Of a stretch of DNA of 64,000 nt, positions 46,541 to 57,423 are shown piece after piece (the stretch's first letter is position 1; each line of letters begins with the position of its first letter). The translations under genes were made by a program, and so were the position numbers. The DNA lies in assembly GCF_003054285.1 (NCBI RefSeq), contig NZ_QBKS01000002.1, positions 223,207 to 287,206 on the forward strand, written 5' to 3'. The notes beneath the pieces are model-generated. The model searched no databases and was not told the origin of the DNA. It worked only from the letters and a program-made list of their open reading frames with translations. The DNA comes from Litoreibacter ponti. Lineage in GTDB: Bacteria > Pseudomonadota > Alphaproteobacteria > Rhodobacterales > Rhodobacteraceae.

Positions 46541-46938
46541 AGCACCTGCGTCGTCATGTTCGGATCATCCGCGGGGGCCTGCGGCGTGCCATCGGCGATC
46601 TCGTAATAATCGCCCTTGTCGGCGCAAAAGATATGCCCCGCCAGCGCCAGCCCCGATGCGTCATCGAGCGTGCCCGCGAAGATCGACAGGTTCACGCCCG
46701 GGCCATCCCAAAACAGCTGGCTGCCGCAGGTCCCGCAAAAGCCCCGCCGCGCGGCGGGCGACGAGGCGTACCATGTGGGGGTTCCGGTGATCGTGACGTC
46801 CTCCCGACGGGCGGAGGTCGCGGCGACGTGGTGCCCGCTGGTCTTGCGGCACTGCTGGCAGTGGCAGGCAATCACCGGGCGCAGGGGGCCTCGCACCTCG
46901 TAGGTGATCGCGCCGCACACGCAACTTCCGTTAGGCAT
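46537..46938 (-). CDS. GFA-family protein (glutathione-dependent formaldehyde-activating enzyme / CENP-V-like)
   Basis: Cys-rich motifs [10 protein letters not shown] ... CHCQQCRK ... CGTCGSQL. Confidence 0.8.
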   Translation of the reverse strand: MPNGSCVCGAITYEVRGPLRPVIACHCQQCRKTSGHHVAATSARREDVTITGTPTWYASSPAARRGFCGTCGSQLFWDGPGVNLSIFAGTLDDASGLALAGHIFCADKGDYYEIADGTPQAPADDPNMTTQVL

Positions 46939-47449
46939 GGGCTCTTCGTCCTTTCAACCCGCCAAGACATAGCGCCGGCCCGGCCACGGCAAGGCTCGCG
47001 AATTTCGCCTGCGTGGCCCAGCGAAACCCGTCGATGAACTCGGCATATCCGGTCTCGACGCGGGGCACCATCAGCGCTGTGACCGCTTGGTTTTCGATCA
47101 GATCGAACGCGGCGTAGGCCAGCGCCGCGCCCGCCGCGACAAGGCCCACCACGCCGCGCACTCTGCTGGCCGCGCCGAGGATCAAAAGCGCAAGCGCGAT
47201 CAGAAACACCGTGTCGAGTGGCTTGAGCCAATTGGTGTAGTAGAGCCGGCCTGCGGGCGTCAGGGCGTCGAGATACGCGACCCCCTCGGCCCCGCCCATG
47301 CCCAACGGGCGCATGTCGAAGCCAAGCATCCCGCCCGCGTGTGAGGGCAGAGTCACGTAAGAGCCATAGGCCAACACCGCGTAGAGCGCCGCGGTCAACG
47401 CCGCCCACGTCCACAGCAGCGGCTTAGGCGCCGTAGGCAATCGGCTCAC
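46931..47449 (-). CDS. hypothetical integral membrane protein
   Basis: 172 aa with four or five predicted TM helices. Confidence 0.5.
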   Translation of the reverse strand: MSRLPTAPKPLLWTWAALTAALYAVLAYGSYVTLPSHAGGMLGFDMRPLGMGGAEGVAYLDALTPAGRLYYTNWLKPLDTVFLIALALLILGAASRVRGVVGLVAAGAALAYAAFDLIENQAVTALMVPRVETGYAEFIDGFRWATQAKFASLAVAGPALCLGGLKGRRAHA

Positions 47450-48005
47450 TCATCGCGACGGTCTCGCCGCCTGCGACCCGTGCGGCGAGCGCGCTTGGCT
47501 TGGCCTCGAAATCATAGGCGTCGTCTGCATGCAGCGCCGCGTCCATCAGCCCTTCGACCGCATTCAGCGTGGCCCCGCCCCGCTCGGCGTCGCTCAGGAT
47601 CACCCGCATCGCGTGGATCGCGTTGTCGGCCTTCACACCCACCAACGCCACCTCGCCGCCGCCAGACGCCACCGCCATGTCCACCAGCGCCATCTTGCAG
47701 CCGGTCTCGGGCAGCGCATTGGGCAGCTCGCCCGGGTAGGGGTCGCCCGCGATCAGGCGGCCGGGCTGGATGTCCATCGCCTTGACCGGGCCAAGGTTGA
47801 TGGGCGCATCGAAGTCGCCCTCCTCGAAGGCGTCAAGCAGCGCCGCGCGGCGCAGCAGCAGTAGGGTCTGGTCGTCCTGCTCCAGCGCCAGCATCAGCCC
47901 CATCAGGAACTGGTTGTTGCTCTCCGCATGGCCCACAAAGATGCGGGAGTTGGCGTCGAGATCCCCCTCGCCCTTCAGCACGACGCTGGCAAAATACTTC
48001 TGCAT
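47424..48005 (-). CDS. conserved hypothetical protein (193 aa)
   Basis: Coupled to the aroA stop. Family not recognised. Confidence 0.5.
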   Translation of the reverse strand: MQKYFASVVLKGEGDLDANSRIFVGHAESNNQFLMGLMLALEQDDQTLLLLRRAALLDAFEEGDFDAPINLGPVKAMDIQPGRLIAGDPYPGELPNALPETGCKMALVDMAVASGGGEVALVGVKADNAIHAMRVILSDAERGGATLNAVEGLMDAALHADDAYDFEAKPSALAARVAGGETVAMSEPIAYGA

Positions 48006-48011
48006 AATCCC

Positions 48012-49358
48012 CTAATCCCTCGAAATATGTGCGCCCAAGCCGCGCATCAGGTCCTCAAAAATCGGGAAGGACGTGGCAATCGGCCCCCCGTCGTCAATCC
48101 GCACCGGGCGCTGCGCGGCAAAGCCCAGCACCATGAAGGACATGGCGATCCGGTGGTCCAGATGGGTCGCGCAGGTGCCGCCCCCCGGCACGCCGCCCGC
48201 GCCCATCCCGTGCACGATGAACGTATCCTCGTCTTCCTCGACTGTCACCCCGCAGGCCTCCAGCCCGCGCGCCATCGCGTCGATGCGGTCGCTTTCTTTC
48301 ACGCGCAGCTCCTTGACGCCGCGCATCACCGTCTTGCCGGTGGCGCAGGCGGCCACGACGCTGAGCACCGGGTATTCGTCGATCATCGAGGCCGCGCGCT
48401 CGGGCGGCACCTCAATCCCTTTCATGGTGTCGGAAAAGCGCGCGCGCAGATCGGCAACCGGCTCGCCGCCTTCCTCGCGCATATTCTCGAATGTCAGGTC
48501 CGCGCCCATCTCCTGCAGCGTGGTGAACAGCCCCGCGCGGGTCGGGTTCAGGCCAATGCCCGGCACCAGCACGTCGGAGCCTTCGGCGACCAGCCCCGCA
48601 CAGACCGGGAAGGCGGCGGAGCTGGGGTCGCGCGGCACAGTGATGGTCTGCGGCTTAAGCTCCGGCTGGCCGGACAGGGTGATGACGCGGCCCTCGCGGG
48701 TCTCGTCCAGCGTGACGGTCGCGCCGAAGCCCGCAAGCATGCGTTCAGAATGATCGCGGGTCGCCTCTTTCTCGATCACCACGGTATCGCCCGGGGCGTT
48801 CAGCCCCGCCAGCAGCACCGCGGATTTCACCTGTGCAGACGGCATCGGCACGGTGTAGCGCACGGGCACGGGGGATTTCGCGCCGACCAGCGTCATGGGC
48901 AGGCGGCCCCCTTTTCGCCCGTAGCTCTGCGTGCCAAACAGCGCCAGCGGGTCGGTGACCCGCCCCATGGGGCGGCCATTGAGCGACGCGTCGCCAGTGA
49001 AGGTAGCGGTGATGGGCGAGGTCGCCATCGCGCCCATGATCAGGCGCACGCCAGTGCCGGAATTGCCGCAATCGATGACCTGGGACGGCTCGGCAAAGCC
49101 GCCGACGCCGACGCCGTGCACAGACCAATTGCCGCCGCCATGGTTGACCACTTCGGCACCGAAAGCCTGCATCGCGCGGCCGGTGTCGAGCACGTCCTGG
49201 CCCTCCAGCAAACCGGAGACCCTGGTCTCGCCTACCGCCATCGCGCCCAGGATCAGTGAGCGATGCGAGATCGACTTGTCGCCGGGCACATGGGCCTCCC
49301 CTGTCAGCGGTCCGCCTTTGGCGGAGGTCATCGGGATGGGCTCACCGTGGGCGGACAT
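48012..49358 (-). CDS. aroA: 3-phosphoshikimate 1-carboxyvinyltransferase (EPSP synthase)
   Basis: 448 aa with [10 protein letters not shown] motif. Confidence 0.95.
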   Translation of the reverse strand: MSAHGEPIPMTSAKGGPLTGEAHVPGDKSISHRSLILGAMAVGETRVSGLLEGQDVLDTGRAMQAFGAEVVNHGGGNWSVHGVGVGGFAEPSQVIDCGNSGTGVRLIMGAMATSPITATFTGDASLNGRPMGRVTDPLALFGTQSYGRKGGRLPMTLVGAKSPVPVRYTVPMPSAQVKSAVLLAGLNAPGDTVVIEKEATRDHSERMLAGFGATVTLDETREGRVITLSGQPELKPQTITVPRDPSSAAFPVCAGLVAEGSDVLVPGIGLNPTRAGLFTTLQEMGADLTFENMREEGGEPVADLRARFSDTMKGIEVPPERAASMIDEYPVLSVVAACATGKTVMRGVKELRVKESDRIDAMARGLEACGVTVEEDEDTFIVHGMGAGGVPGGGTCATHLDHRIAMSFMVLGFAAQRPVRIDDGGPIATSFPIFEDLMRGLGAHISRD

Positions 49359-49439
49359 GGGCGTGATCTCTTCGTTAGCAGTGACGTCGGGATGGTGTAG
49401 ACGAGCCAGCCGGGGGCGTCCATTGGACTTCGCATATTG

Positions 49440-49517
49440 GCTTCGTTTTGGCCCAAATACTCAATCTCTGCGCCTGTAACATGTGACGGACTTTGAGTAT
49501 TTTTGCCAAAACGAAGC
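49440..49517. repeat. inverted pair of R1 repeat units flanking a 28-bp core (MITE / REP-like)
   Basis: gcttcgttttggcccaaatactcaa ... 28 bp ... ttgagtatttttgccaaaacgaagc. Confidence 0.55.
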
Positions 49518-49566
49518 TTGAGGCGCCAAATAAAGAATAGCGGGCGGCGACAGCCGCTCAATCGGG

Positions 49567-50289
49567 TCAGTCCCGCGTAAAGGTCAGGTAATGGGGCGTG
49601 CGGCCCTCGCGCAGGGCCTTCTGCTCGTAACGCGTCGACAGCCAGTCGGTCCAGGGCTGCCGCCAATCCTGCGCCCGCTCCGCGGTCCAGGTGAAGCCCG
49701 CGCGCGGAACCTCTTCGAGCGTCTGGCGCACGTAATCCTCGATATCGGTCGCCACACGGAACGTCGTGCCGGGCTTCATCTTCTTGGCCAGTGGCCCCAG
49801 ATGTTCCTCGGTCACGAAGCGGCGGCGGTGGTGGCGGGCCTTGGGCCACGGATCGGGATAGAGCAGAAAGGCCCGGTCAAGGCAGGCGGGCGGCAGTACG
49901 TCGAACAGGTCGCGCGCGTCGCCGGGGTGGACGAGGATGTTCTCGACCCCTTGACGCCGGATCTTGCCCAGCAGCGCCGCGGTGCCATTGATATAGGGCT
50001 CGCAGCCGATGAAGAGCGTGTCCGGGTTCGCCTGTGCCTGATGCACGATATGCTCGCCCGCGCCAAAGCCCACCTCCAGCCAGAGCGGGCGGCCTTGGGT
50101 CAGCGCGGCAATGTCCAGCAGCGTGCGGTCGGGGTTCTCCTCCCACGTCACATTGGCCAGGCGGACCTTCGGCAGGACCTCTTCAAGGTCCTTTTCCTGA
50201 CGCGGGTGCAGCGCCTTGCCCTTCATGCGACCGTAGAAGTTGCGCCACGTGCGAGTGTCGGGGGCGTTGGGGTCTTTGGGTGTGCTCAT
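49567..50289 (-). CDS. trmB: tRNA (guanine46-N7)-methyltransferase
   Basis: Trimmed to MSTPKDPNAP at 50289. SAM-binding LEVGFGAGEH motif. 240 aa. Confidence 0.8.
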   Translation of the reverse strand: MSTPKDPNAPDTRTWRNFYGRMKGKALHPRQEKDLEEVLPKVRLANVTWEENPDRTLLDIAALTQGRPLWLEVGFGAGEHIVHQAQANPDTLFIGCEPYINGTAALLGKIRRQGVENILVHPGDARDLFDVLPPACLDRAFLLYPDPWPKARHHRRRFVTEEHLGPLAKKMKPGTTFRVATDIEDYVRQTLEEVPRAGFTWTAERAQDWRQPWTDWLSTRYEQKALREGRTPHYLTFTRD

Positions 50290-50321
50290 GGGCCGCGCTT
50301 TACCCGCCCTGCCCGGCCAAC

Positions 50322-51194
50322 TCAACCGACGAACAGCGCCGCGCGCGTCTTGCAATGGGCCACCAGCATCGAGCGGAAGGCCGCAAGCTTCGCCCCCGGC
50401 CACACATCGGGATGCCCCACGACCCAGATATCGGGGTAGGGCTGCGGCTCCAGCACCGGCACCTGCTGCAATCCTTCGGTGGTGCGGCCCAGAAACATCG
50501 GCATGCGGATCACTCCCAACCCCGCCTTCGCCGCGCCGATCATCGCCACCATGTCGTCGAGCCTGAGCCGTACCCGATGGTTGGGATAGCGCGCCGAGCG
50601 CGCCTGCGGCGGGTCCGGGTAGGCATCATAGACGACCCAGTCGATCATCGCCTGCGGCTCCGCCTCGATCCGCGCGGCCCATGCGGGGCTGGCAAAGCTC
50701 GCGCTGTCCTGGGCCAGCAGGCGCAGCCCCGTGAGCGTGTCGCCGGGGTCGCGGCTGATGCGCACGGCGAGGTCCGCCTCCCGCCGGGCGAGGTCCAGCC
50801 GCTGGTTGGTCGCACGCACGGTCAGCTCAACCTCCGGGTGGGCGCTGGTGAACTGATCAATGACGGGCGCCAGCAGCGAGGCGATCAGCAATTGCGGCGC
50901 GGTGATCGTCAGCGGCCCCGACAACGCGGTCTCCGCCCCGCGCAACTGCCGCATCAGCCCGTGCTCGGCAGCCTCCATCTGCTCGGCCTTGGCCGCGATG
51001 AGATGGGCGGTATCCGTGGGGTGGTAGCCGTCGGGCAAGCGCTCGAAGATCGGCTGGCCAAGCGCGTCTTCCGCGCGGCGCACCCGGCGCGCCACGGTGG
51101 TGTAGTTCACCCCCAGCGCCTGCGCCGCCCCCGCCAGCGAGCCGTGGCGCACCAGCACCATCACCGTGCGCAGATCGTCCCATGCCATATCCAT
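50322..51194 (-). CDS. LysR family transcriptional regulator (start uncertain: 51188, 51194 or 51203)
   Basis: HTH MAWDDLRTVMVLVRHGSLAGAAQALGVNYTTVARR. A TGCA-N4-TGCA palindrome lies in the divergent region. Confidence 0.8.
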   Translation of the reverse strand: MDMAWDDLRTVMVLVRHGSLAGAAQALGVNYTTVARRVRRAEDALGQPIFERLPDGYHPTDTAHLIAAKAEQMEAAEHGLMRQLRGAETALSGPLTITAPQLLIASLLAPVIDQFTSAHPEVELTVRATNQRLDLARREADLAVRISRDPGDTLTGLRLLAQDSASFASPAWAARIEAEPQAMIDWVVYDAYPDPPQARSARYPNHRVRLRLDDMVAMIGAAKAGLGVIRMPMFLGRTTEGLQQVPVLEPQPYPDIWVVGHPDVWPGAKLAAFRSMLVAHCKTRAALFVG

Positions 51195-51292
51195 GATATG
51201 CATTTTTGCACGCCATACCTGCAAATACACGCGTTTTCGCAGATATCTCCCTGCCGTAAGTTCATCGCATCATTCAAATATGGAGACCCCAG

Positions 51293-51574
51293 ATGATCTA
51301 CGCTTACGCCGCCCTTACCGTCACCAACCCCGAAGCGCTTGCCGCGTACCGCGATGTCGCGGGTGCTGCGCTGGCCAAGCACGGCGGCAAGGTCGAGACG
51401 GCCACGCCCGATTTCACCGTGCTCGACGGCGCGCCTGACGCGCCGAATGTGGCAGCGCTGTTGAGTTTTCCCGACAAGGACTCGGCGCTCGCATGGGCCC
51501 ATGACGCGGAGCTGGAGGACGTGCACGCCCTGCGCCGCTCCGCCGGGGCGTCGGACATTCTGCTCCTCGGCTAG
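51293..51574 (+). CDS. DUF1330 domain protein
   Basis: 93 aa, MIYAYAALTVTNPEALAAYRD..., a dimeric alpha+beta barrel-type small protein divergent from LysR. Confidence 0.7.
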   Translation: MIYAYAALTVTNPEALAAYRDVAGAALAKHGGKVETATPDFTVLDGAPDAPNVAALLSFPDKDSALAWAHDAELEDVHALRRSAGASDILLLG

Positions 51575-51622
51575 GGCCACGCCGACACCGCACACCATTG
51601 ACCCCACCGCAATCCTGCGCGA

Positions 51623-52546
51623 TTGCGGGGGATGCAGCCCAAATCCCATATCGACGCCTTCGGCGCGGCTTGCCTGATCGGCTTCTCGCTGTTGCTGGCC
51701 TTCAATCAGGTGGTGATCAAGTTCTCCGGCGAGGGCTTCGGCCCGGTCTTCATGGCCGGGCTGCGCTCGGCGGGGGCGACGGTCTGCATCGTGGCATGGA
51801 TGATGGCCCGCGGCATCCCGCTTGCCCTGCCCCGCGCCGTGCTGCCATCGGCGATCCTGGTCGGTCTGGTGTTCTGCGCCGAGTTCATCTTCCTGTTCAC
51901 CGCGCTCGATCTCACGACGGTTTCCCGCGCCTCCGTCATCTTCTATTCCATGCCTTTATGGCTGGCCCTGATGGCCCATGTCTTCCTGCCCGGCGACCAT
52001 CTGACCGCGCGCAAGAGCGTGGGGTTACTGGTGGCCTTTGCCGGGGTCGCCTGGGCCATTCTTGACCGCTCCGGCGGGGGCGAGGCATCCCTGATCGGCG
52101 ATCTGTGCGCCCTGGGCGCGGCCATCGGCTGGGCCGCGACGGCATTGCTGGTCAAGGCCACGCCGCTCAAGACCGTCCCCCCCGAGGTGCAGCTGTTGTG
52201 GCAGGTGCTGATCTCCGCCCCGATCCTGCTGCTGGCCGCGCCGCTCTTTGGCGATCTGATGCGCGCGCCGGAGCCCATTCACTACGCCGCGCTGGCCTTC
52301 CAGACGGTCGTGGTGGTGAGCATGGGCTTCGTGTTCTGGCTGTGGCTGATGACGCTCTACCCCGCCTCGGGCGTGGCGAGCTTCAGCTTCCTGTCGCCGG
52401 TCTTCTCGGTGCTTCTGGGCTGGCTGCTGCTGGGCGAGCAGGTCGGCCTGTCGATCTGGGGCGCGCTGGCACTGGTGGCCATCGGCATCGTGCTGATCAA
52501 CCGTCCCGCCAAATCGCCGGGCCCTCAGGTCCCACAGAAGGTCTGA
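51623..52546 (+). CDS. DMT (EamA) family transporter
   Basis: 307 aa, about 10 TM helices with two EamA repeats. Confidence 0.8.
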   Translation: MRGMQPKSHIDAFGAACLIGFSLLLAFNQVVIKFSGEGFGPVFMAGLRSAGATVCIVAWMMARGIPLALPRAVLPSAILVGLVFCAEFIFLFTALDLTTVSRASVIFYSMPLWLALMAHVFLPGDHLTARKSVGLLVAFAGVAWAILDRSGGGEASLIGDLCALGAAIGWAATALLVKATPLKTVPPEVQLLWQVLISAPILLLAAPLFGDLMRAPEPIHYAALAFQTVVVVSMGFVFWLWLMTLYPASGVASFSFLSPVFSVLLGWLLLGEQVGLSIWGALALVAIGIVLINRPAKSPGPQVPQKV

Positions 52547-53943
52547 CGCACGATCTGCTGCTCGGTGGGCGCCGCTTCCAGCGCGGCATGCTCCGGCTGA
52601 TCCTCATAGGGCCGCTGCAAGACCTCCACCAGCCGCTCGAACGACGCGAAGTCACCGCGATTGCCCGCCTGAATGGCCTCTTCCACGCGGTGGTTGCGCG
52701 GGATGAAGGCCGGGTTCGCCGCCCGCATCACGGCCTCGTCCCCCTGCCAACCCTTGGCCCACGCATCAAAGGCGGTCGGGTCCACGAACTGTTCCCGCGC
52801 GCCCGCGCCGCGCGCCATGGCGCGGAAGGTCAGGGTAAAGTCAGCCTGGTTCTCGGCCATCCGGGTCAGCAGGTCCTGCACCAGCGCCACTTCGTCATCG
52901 CCGCCCTCGGACAGCCCGATCTTGGCGAAGAACACCCGCTTCCAGGCCTCGGTATAAAGCTCCCCGAAGCCGCCCAGCACCTCTTGCGCATCCTCGATGG
53001 CCTGCTCTGCATCCTCGCCCATCAACGGCAGAAGGCAGGACGCCAGCTGCGCCAGGTTCCACACGAGGATCTGCGGCTGCGCCTGATAGGCATAGCGCCC
53101 CATCTGGTCGATGGACGAAAACACCTGCGCCGGGTGGTAGGCATCCATGAAGGCGCAGGGCCCGTAATCAATCGTCAGCCCGCCCACATGAGTGTTGTCG
53201 GTGTTCATCACGCCGTGGATAAAGCCCAGCCCCATCCAGCGCGCCACCAGATCCGCCTGTGCGGCGACCACCGCCTGCAGGAACCCCAGCGCGTCGCCTT
53301 CCGCCAGCTCCGGGTAATGCCGGCCTCGCGCCTCCTCCATCAGCAGCGCCAACGCCTCGACATCCTGCCGCGCGGCGAAATATTGGAATGTGCCTACCCG
53401 GATATGCGAGCGTGCCGCCCGCGTCAAAACCGCCCCCGGCAGGCGCGCCTCGCGCAGCACCTCTTCGCCGGTGCTGACCGCGGCCAGCGCCCGCGTGGTC
53501 GGCACGCCCAGCGCGTGCATCGCTTCCGAGACGATGTATTCCCGCAAAACCGGCCCCAAAGCCGCCCGCCCGTCCCCCATCCGAGAATAGGGCGTCGGGC
53601 CAGAGCCCTTCAATTGCACGTCCCACCGTCCAGAAGGCCCGATCACTTCACCCAAAACATTCGCGCGCCCATCGCCCAGTTGCGGTGACCAGCCCCCGAA
53701 CTGATGCCCGGCATAGGCCTGCGCCAGCGGCTGCGCGCCATCGGGCATCACGTTCCCAGCCAACATCGCAATCCCCGCCTCCGAGCGCAGCCAACCCGCA
53801 TCCAGCCCCATCTCGGCCGCCAGCCCATCATTCAAGGCGATCAACGCGGGCGCTACCACGGGGGCCGGGTCCAGCCGCGTGTAGAACCGCTCCGGCAGGC
53901 GGGCATAGGCATTGTCAAAGACCGGCGCAGACAGCTCGCTCAT
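52525..53943 (-). CDS. selO: protein adenylyltransferase SelO (YdiU)
   Basis: 472 aa, conserved SelO blocks ([17 protein letters not shown]). Confidence 0.9.
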   Translation of the reverse strand: MSELSAPVFDNAYARLPERFYTRLDPAPVVAPALIALNDGLAAEMGLDAGWLRSEAGIAMLAGNVMPDGAQPLAQAYAGHQFGGWSPQLGDGRANVLGEVIGPSGRWDVQLKGSGPTPYSRMGDGRAALGPVLREYIVSEAMHALGVPTTRALAAVSTGEEVLREARLPGAVLTRAARSHIRVGTFQYFAARQDVEALALLMEEARGRHYPELAEGDALGFLQAVVAAQADLVARWMGLGFIHGVMNTDNTHVGGLTIDYGPCAFMDAYHPAQVFSSIDQMGRYAYQAQPQILVWNLAQLASCLLPLMGEDAEQAIEDAQEVLGGFGELYTEAWKRVFFAKIGLSEGGDDEVALVQDLLTRMAENQADFTLTFRAMARGAGAREQFVDPTAFDAWAKGWQGDEAVMRAANPAFIPRNHRVEEAIQAGNRGDFASFERLVEVLQRPYEDQPEHAALEAAPTEQQIVRQTFCGT

Positions 53944-53959
53944 GGTAAATTTTATTCCC

Positions 53960-54023
53960 CATTAAGGTTAACGCGGCCCCACAAAGTGCACCGCCCCACC
54001 CTTTCTTTGTTCCAAAAATACGG
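53960..54023. repeat. interspersed repeat (R2 inverted + R3)
   Basis: cattaaggttaacgcggcc ... ctttctttgttccaaaaatacgg. Confidence 0.5.
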
Positions 54024-54054
54024 ACATCCCGACCGAAGCCGCAAGCGTCAGATC

Positions 54055-54987
54055 TCACAGGCGCGCCAACCGCTCCACCAGCAGCGCAAAAAAACCATCC
54101 GCATCCACATCGCCCATGAACATCGCATTGGGCGCCCGCCCGCTCACCCGCCACCAGTCGGCAACGGTCATGCCCAGCGTCAGCTCCGACCCGCACTCGA
54201 TCTCGACATTCACAAACCGGCCAGAGAACAGCTCCGGCCGCAGCAGGTAGGCGATCACGCACGGGTCATGCAGTGGTGCCCCGGCAGAGCCGTATTTCTC
54301 CTTGTCGAACCGCTCGAAGAAATTCGTCCATTCCGCCACCATGCGCCCGACCTCGGTACCCATGTCGCGGAATGCGTCGACCCTGGCTTGCGTCGTCAGC
54401 GCCTTATGGGTCACGTCCAGCGGCATCACGGTGATCTTGACGCCAGAGCCAAAGACAATCCGCGCCGCCTCCGGGTCCACATAGATGTTGAACTCCGCCG
54501 CGGGGGTGATGTTGCCCACCTGAAAATACGCGCCGCCCATCAGCACGATCTCTTCGACCCGCTCGACGATATCCGGCGCTCGCTCGAAGGCCGTTGCGAT
54601 ATTGGTCAGCGGCCCCAGCGGGCACAGCGTCACGCCATCCTGCGCGCGCACCGTCTCGATGATGAAATCCACCCCGTGCTGTTCCTGCAGCGCCATGGTC
54701 GGCTCCGGCAGCTGCGGGCCGTCCAGCCCGGTCTTGCCATGCACATGCTCGGCCGTGACCAGCTTGCGCACCATCGGCGCGTCGCAGCCCGCGAAGACGC
54801 GCATATCCGGCCGCCCCGCCAGCTCGCAGACGATGCGGGCATTCTTCTCGGTCAGCGGCAGCGGCACATTACCCGCCACGGCCACCACGCCCAGAACGTC
54901 CAGCTCGGGCGAGGCCAGCGCCAGAAGGATCGCCACCGCGTCATCCTGCCCCGGGTCGGTGTCGATAATGATCTTGCGCGCGCTCAC
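54055..54987 (-). CDS. nucleoside hydrolase (IU-NH family)
   Basis: N-terminal DTDPGQDD aspartate cluster signature. Confidence 0.85.
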   Translation of the reverse strand: MSARKIIIDTDPGQDDAVAILLALASPELDVLGVVAVAGNVPLPLTEKNARIVCELAGRPDMRVFAGCDAPMVRKLVTAEHVHGKTGLDGPQLPEPTMALQEQHGVDFIIETVRAQDGVTLCPLGPLTNIATAFERAPDIVERVEEIVLMGGAYFQVGNITPAAEFNIYVDPEAARIVFGSGVKITVMPLDVTHKALTTQARVDAFRDMGTEVGRMVAEWTNFFERFDKEKYGSAGAPLHDPCVIAYLLRPELFSGRFVNVEIECGSELTLGMTVADWWRVSGRAPNAMFMGDVDADGFFALLVERLARL

Positions 54988-56291
54988 AGCGGGCGCACTT
55001 TCAGCTTGGTCAGGCGGTTTTGCTGCCGCTCCACCACCTCGAACCGAAACCCGTGGAAGGAGAACACCTGCCCCACCGTCGGGATCGACTGCGCCTCGTG
55101 GATCACCAGCCCTGCGACGGTGTTGGCCTCGTCATCAGGAAGCGACCAGTCGGCCATGCGGTTGAGGTCCCGGATCGTCATCGCCCCGTCAATGCGGTAG
55201 CTGCCGTCACTCTCGGGGCGCAGGGCATCCACCTCGGCCACGTCGAATTCGTCGGTGATCTCGCCCACGATCTCCTCGAGGATATCCTCCAGCGTGATCA
55301 GACCCTGCAGCGCCCCGTACTCGTCCACAACGAGGGCAAAATGCGTGTGCAGCTTCAAGAACTGCCGCATCTGGTCATCAAGCGCGGTGGTTTCCGGCAC
55401 GAAATACGGCTTGCGCACCACGTCCATGATGTCGAACCCGCTCAGATCACCCTGGATGCCGTCGGGGCCGCGCAGGGTCTTGTCCACGGCGCGCAGCAGG
55501 TCCTTGGCGTGCATGACACCCACGATATTCTCCTGCTCGCCCTCGAAAACCGGCAGGCGGGTGAACCGGCTGTTCAGGCACTGGCTCAGCACCGCCTCGG
55601 GCGGATCGGCGACATTGATCATCTCGATCTCGGAGCGGTGGAGCATGATCTCCTCCACATCCCGGTCCGCAAGGTCGAGCGCGCCCAGCAGCCGGTCGCG
55701 CTGCTCCTTTTGCACGACGCCTTCCTCGTGGCCCAGCGCCAGCGCGCCCGCAATTTCCTCGTGCACCGACAGGATCTGGCTGTCGGGGTCGATATCGACG
55801 CCAAAGACCCGCAGCATGCCGCGCACCAGCGCGCGCACCGCTGTCACGACCGGCGCAAACACCAGCACCACGACGGAAATCGGGGCCGAAACAAGCGCCG
55901 CCGCCCGCTCCGAATTGGTGATCGCGTAGGTCTTGGGCAGCACTTCGGCGAAGATCAGCACCAGCAGGGTCATGACCAAGGTGGCCAGCGCGACGCCGCT
56001 CTCGCCGAACGCCTTGGTGAACAGCGACGTCGCCAACGAGGCCGCGAGGATGTTGACCAGGTTGTTGCCCAGCAGCACCGATCCGATCAGCCGCTCATTG
56101 TCCTCGGTGATCCGCAACGCCCGTTGCGCCCCGCTCGAGCCCTTGTCCGCCTGGCTGCGCAGCTTGCCGCGCGAGGCCGCAGTCAGCGCTGTCTCGGAGC
56201 CGGAGAAAAAGCCCGAGAAGGCCAAAAGCACCAGGATGCCCCCCGCGGTCAGCCAGAATGCGCTGTCATAAATCGTCGAGGGGTCGTCCAT
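54984..56291 (-). CDS. HlyC/CorC family transporter (DUF21 / CNNM TM domain + CBS pair + CorC_HlyC)
   Basis: Trimmed to MDDPSTIY start. TM N-terminus, tandem CBS domains and C-terminal transporter-associated domain. Confidence 0.85.
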   Translation of the reverse strand: MDDPSTIYDSAFWLTAGGILVLLAFSGFFSGSETALTAASRGKLRSQADKGSSGAQRALRITEDNERLIGSVLLGNNLVNILAASLATSLFTKAFGESGVALATLVMTLLVLIFAEVLPKTYAITNSERAAALVSAPISVVVLVFAPVVTAVRALVRGMLRVFGVDIDPDSQILSVHEEIAGALALGHEEGVVQKEQRDRLLGALDLADRDVEEIMLHRSEIEMINVADPPEAVLSQCLNSRFTRLPVFEGEQENIVGVMHAKDLLRAVDKTLRGPDGIQGDLSGFDIMDVVRKPYFVPETTALDDQMRQFLKLHTHFALVVDEYGALQGLITLEDILEEIVGEITDEFDVAEVDALRPESDGSYRIDGAMTIRDLNRMADWSLPDDEANTVAGLVIHEAQSIPTVGQVFSFHGFRFEVVERQQNRLTKLKVRPL

Positions 56292-56371
56292 CTGGGTTCT
56301 CAAGCCTTTGTTTGACAGGTTAAAGGGAGGTTATGGGGCTCCATGCCCCCTGCTTCAAGGGAAACCGCCAA

Positions 56372-57169
56372 ATGACTGCACCCCGCATCCGCGATCTCGG
56401 GCCCCTGAGCGGCACCATCCTGCTCTTCGGCGGTGCCTATTCCAACCTGCAGGCTCTCGATGCGCTGCTCGGCTTGGGCGTCCCACCCGAGCGCGCGATC
56501 TTCACCGGCGACGTGGTGGCCTACGGCGCGGATGCGCTGGCCTGTGCCGAACGGCTGGCCGATTACGGCTGCCCCGCGATCCTGGGCAATTGCGAGGCGC
56601 AGCTCTTAGCAGGCGCGTCCGAGTGCGGCTGCGGGTTCGAAAGCGGCACCGCCTGCGACATCGCCGCAAAGACGTGGTTCGAGCATGCCAGCAACCAGAT
56701 CGGTCCCCGCGCGCAGCGGTTCTGGGCCGACACGCCCGACTGGCTGACCTTCACCCACGGGGCCAAACGCTACGCGGTGATCCATGGCGGCGCGCGCGAC
56801 ATCGCGCGGTTCATCTGGCCCTCGGACCCCGACGAGATGTTCGAGGCGGAATTCACCACGATCGAGGCCCAGACCGGCCCCATCGACGGCGTTATCGCAG
56901 GCCATTGCGGCATCGCGTTTGAGCGCCGCATCGGCGCGCGCCACTGGATCAATGCGGGCGTGATCGGCATGCCGCCCCATGACGGCCGCCCGGAGGCCCG
57001 CTATGCGACCCTCGCGGACGATGGGATACGCTTTCACAGCCTCAGCTACGATTTCAAAGCTGCCGCCCGCGCGATGGAGGTCGCAGGCCTTACCCAAGGC
57101 TACGAGACCGCGCTGCGCACCGGCCTCTGGCCGTCCGAGGACGTGCTGCCCCGTCCGTTGCGCAGGTAG
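56372..57169 (+). CDS. metallophosphoesterase (calcineurin-like) family protein
   Basis: GD / GNCE / H motifs (FTGDVVAYG, ILGNCE). 265 aa. Confidence 0.65.
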   Translation: MTAPRIRDLGPLSGTILLFGGAYSNLQALDALLGLGVPPERAIFTGDVVAYGADALACAERLADYGCPAILGNCEAQLLAGASECGCGFESGTACDIAAKTWFEHASNQIGPRAQRFWADTPDWLTFTHGAKRYAVIHGGARDIARFIWPSDPDEMFEAEFTTIEAQTGPIDGVIAGHCGIAFERRIGARHWINAGVIGMPPHDGRPEARYATLADDGIRFHSLSYDFKAAARAMEVAGLTQGYETALRTGLWPSEDVLPRPLRR

Positions 57170-57195
57170 CGCCCCGCCGCACGCAGCCCTAACGC

Positions 57196-57423
57196 AACCT
57201 TAACGCGGCCCGCATTAAACCCCTCCGCGGACGTCCACCCGCCCCGTCACACCAAACGGGGCACACCCAGAGCAGATCAGGTGCCGAAGACAGCCCCCAC
57301 ACGTATCGGGCCAAGGCACCGCCTGCCGCGCAAAAGGCCCGGGGGAGGTAAACCCCCGGTGGTCAGTCTCGACCACAAGCCCACCCGAGAAGCCACTCCT
57401 CTTTCTTTGTTCCACAAATACGG
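57196..57423. repeat. R2(inverted)-R3 repeat pair split by about 180 bp of highly structured GC-rich sequence
   Basis: aaccttaacgcggcccgcattaaa at 57196 and ctctttctttgttccacaaatacgg at 57399. Copy at 53960 has the same two motifs only 20 bp apart. Confidence 0.45.
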
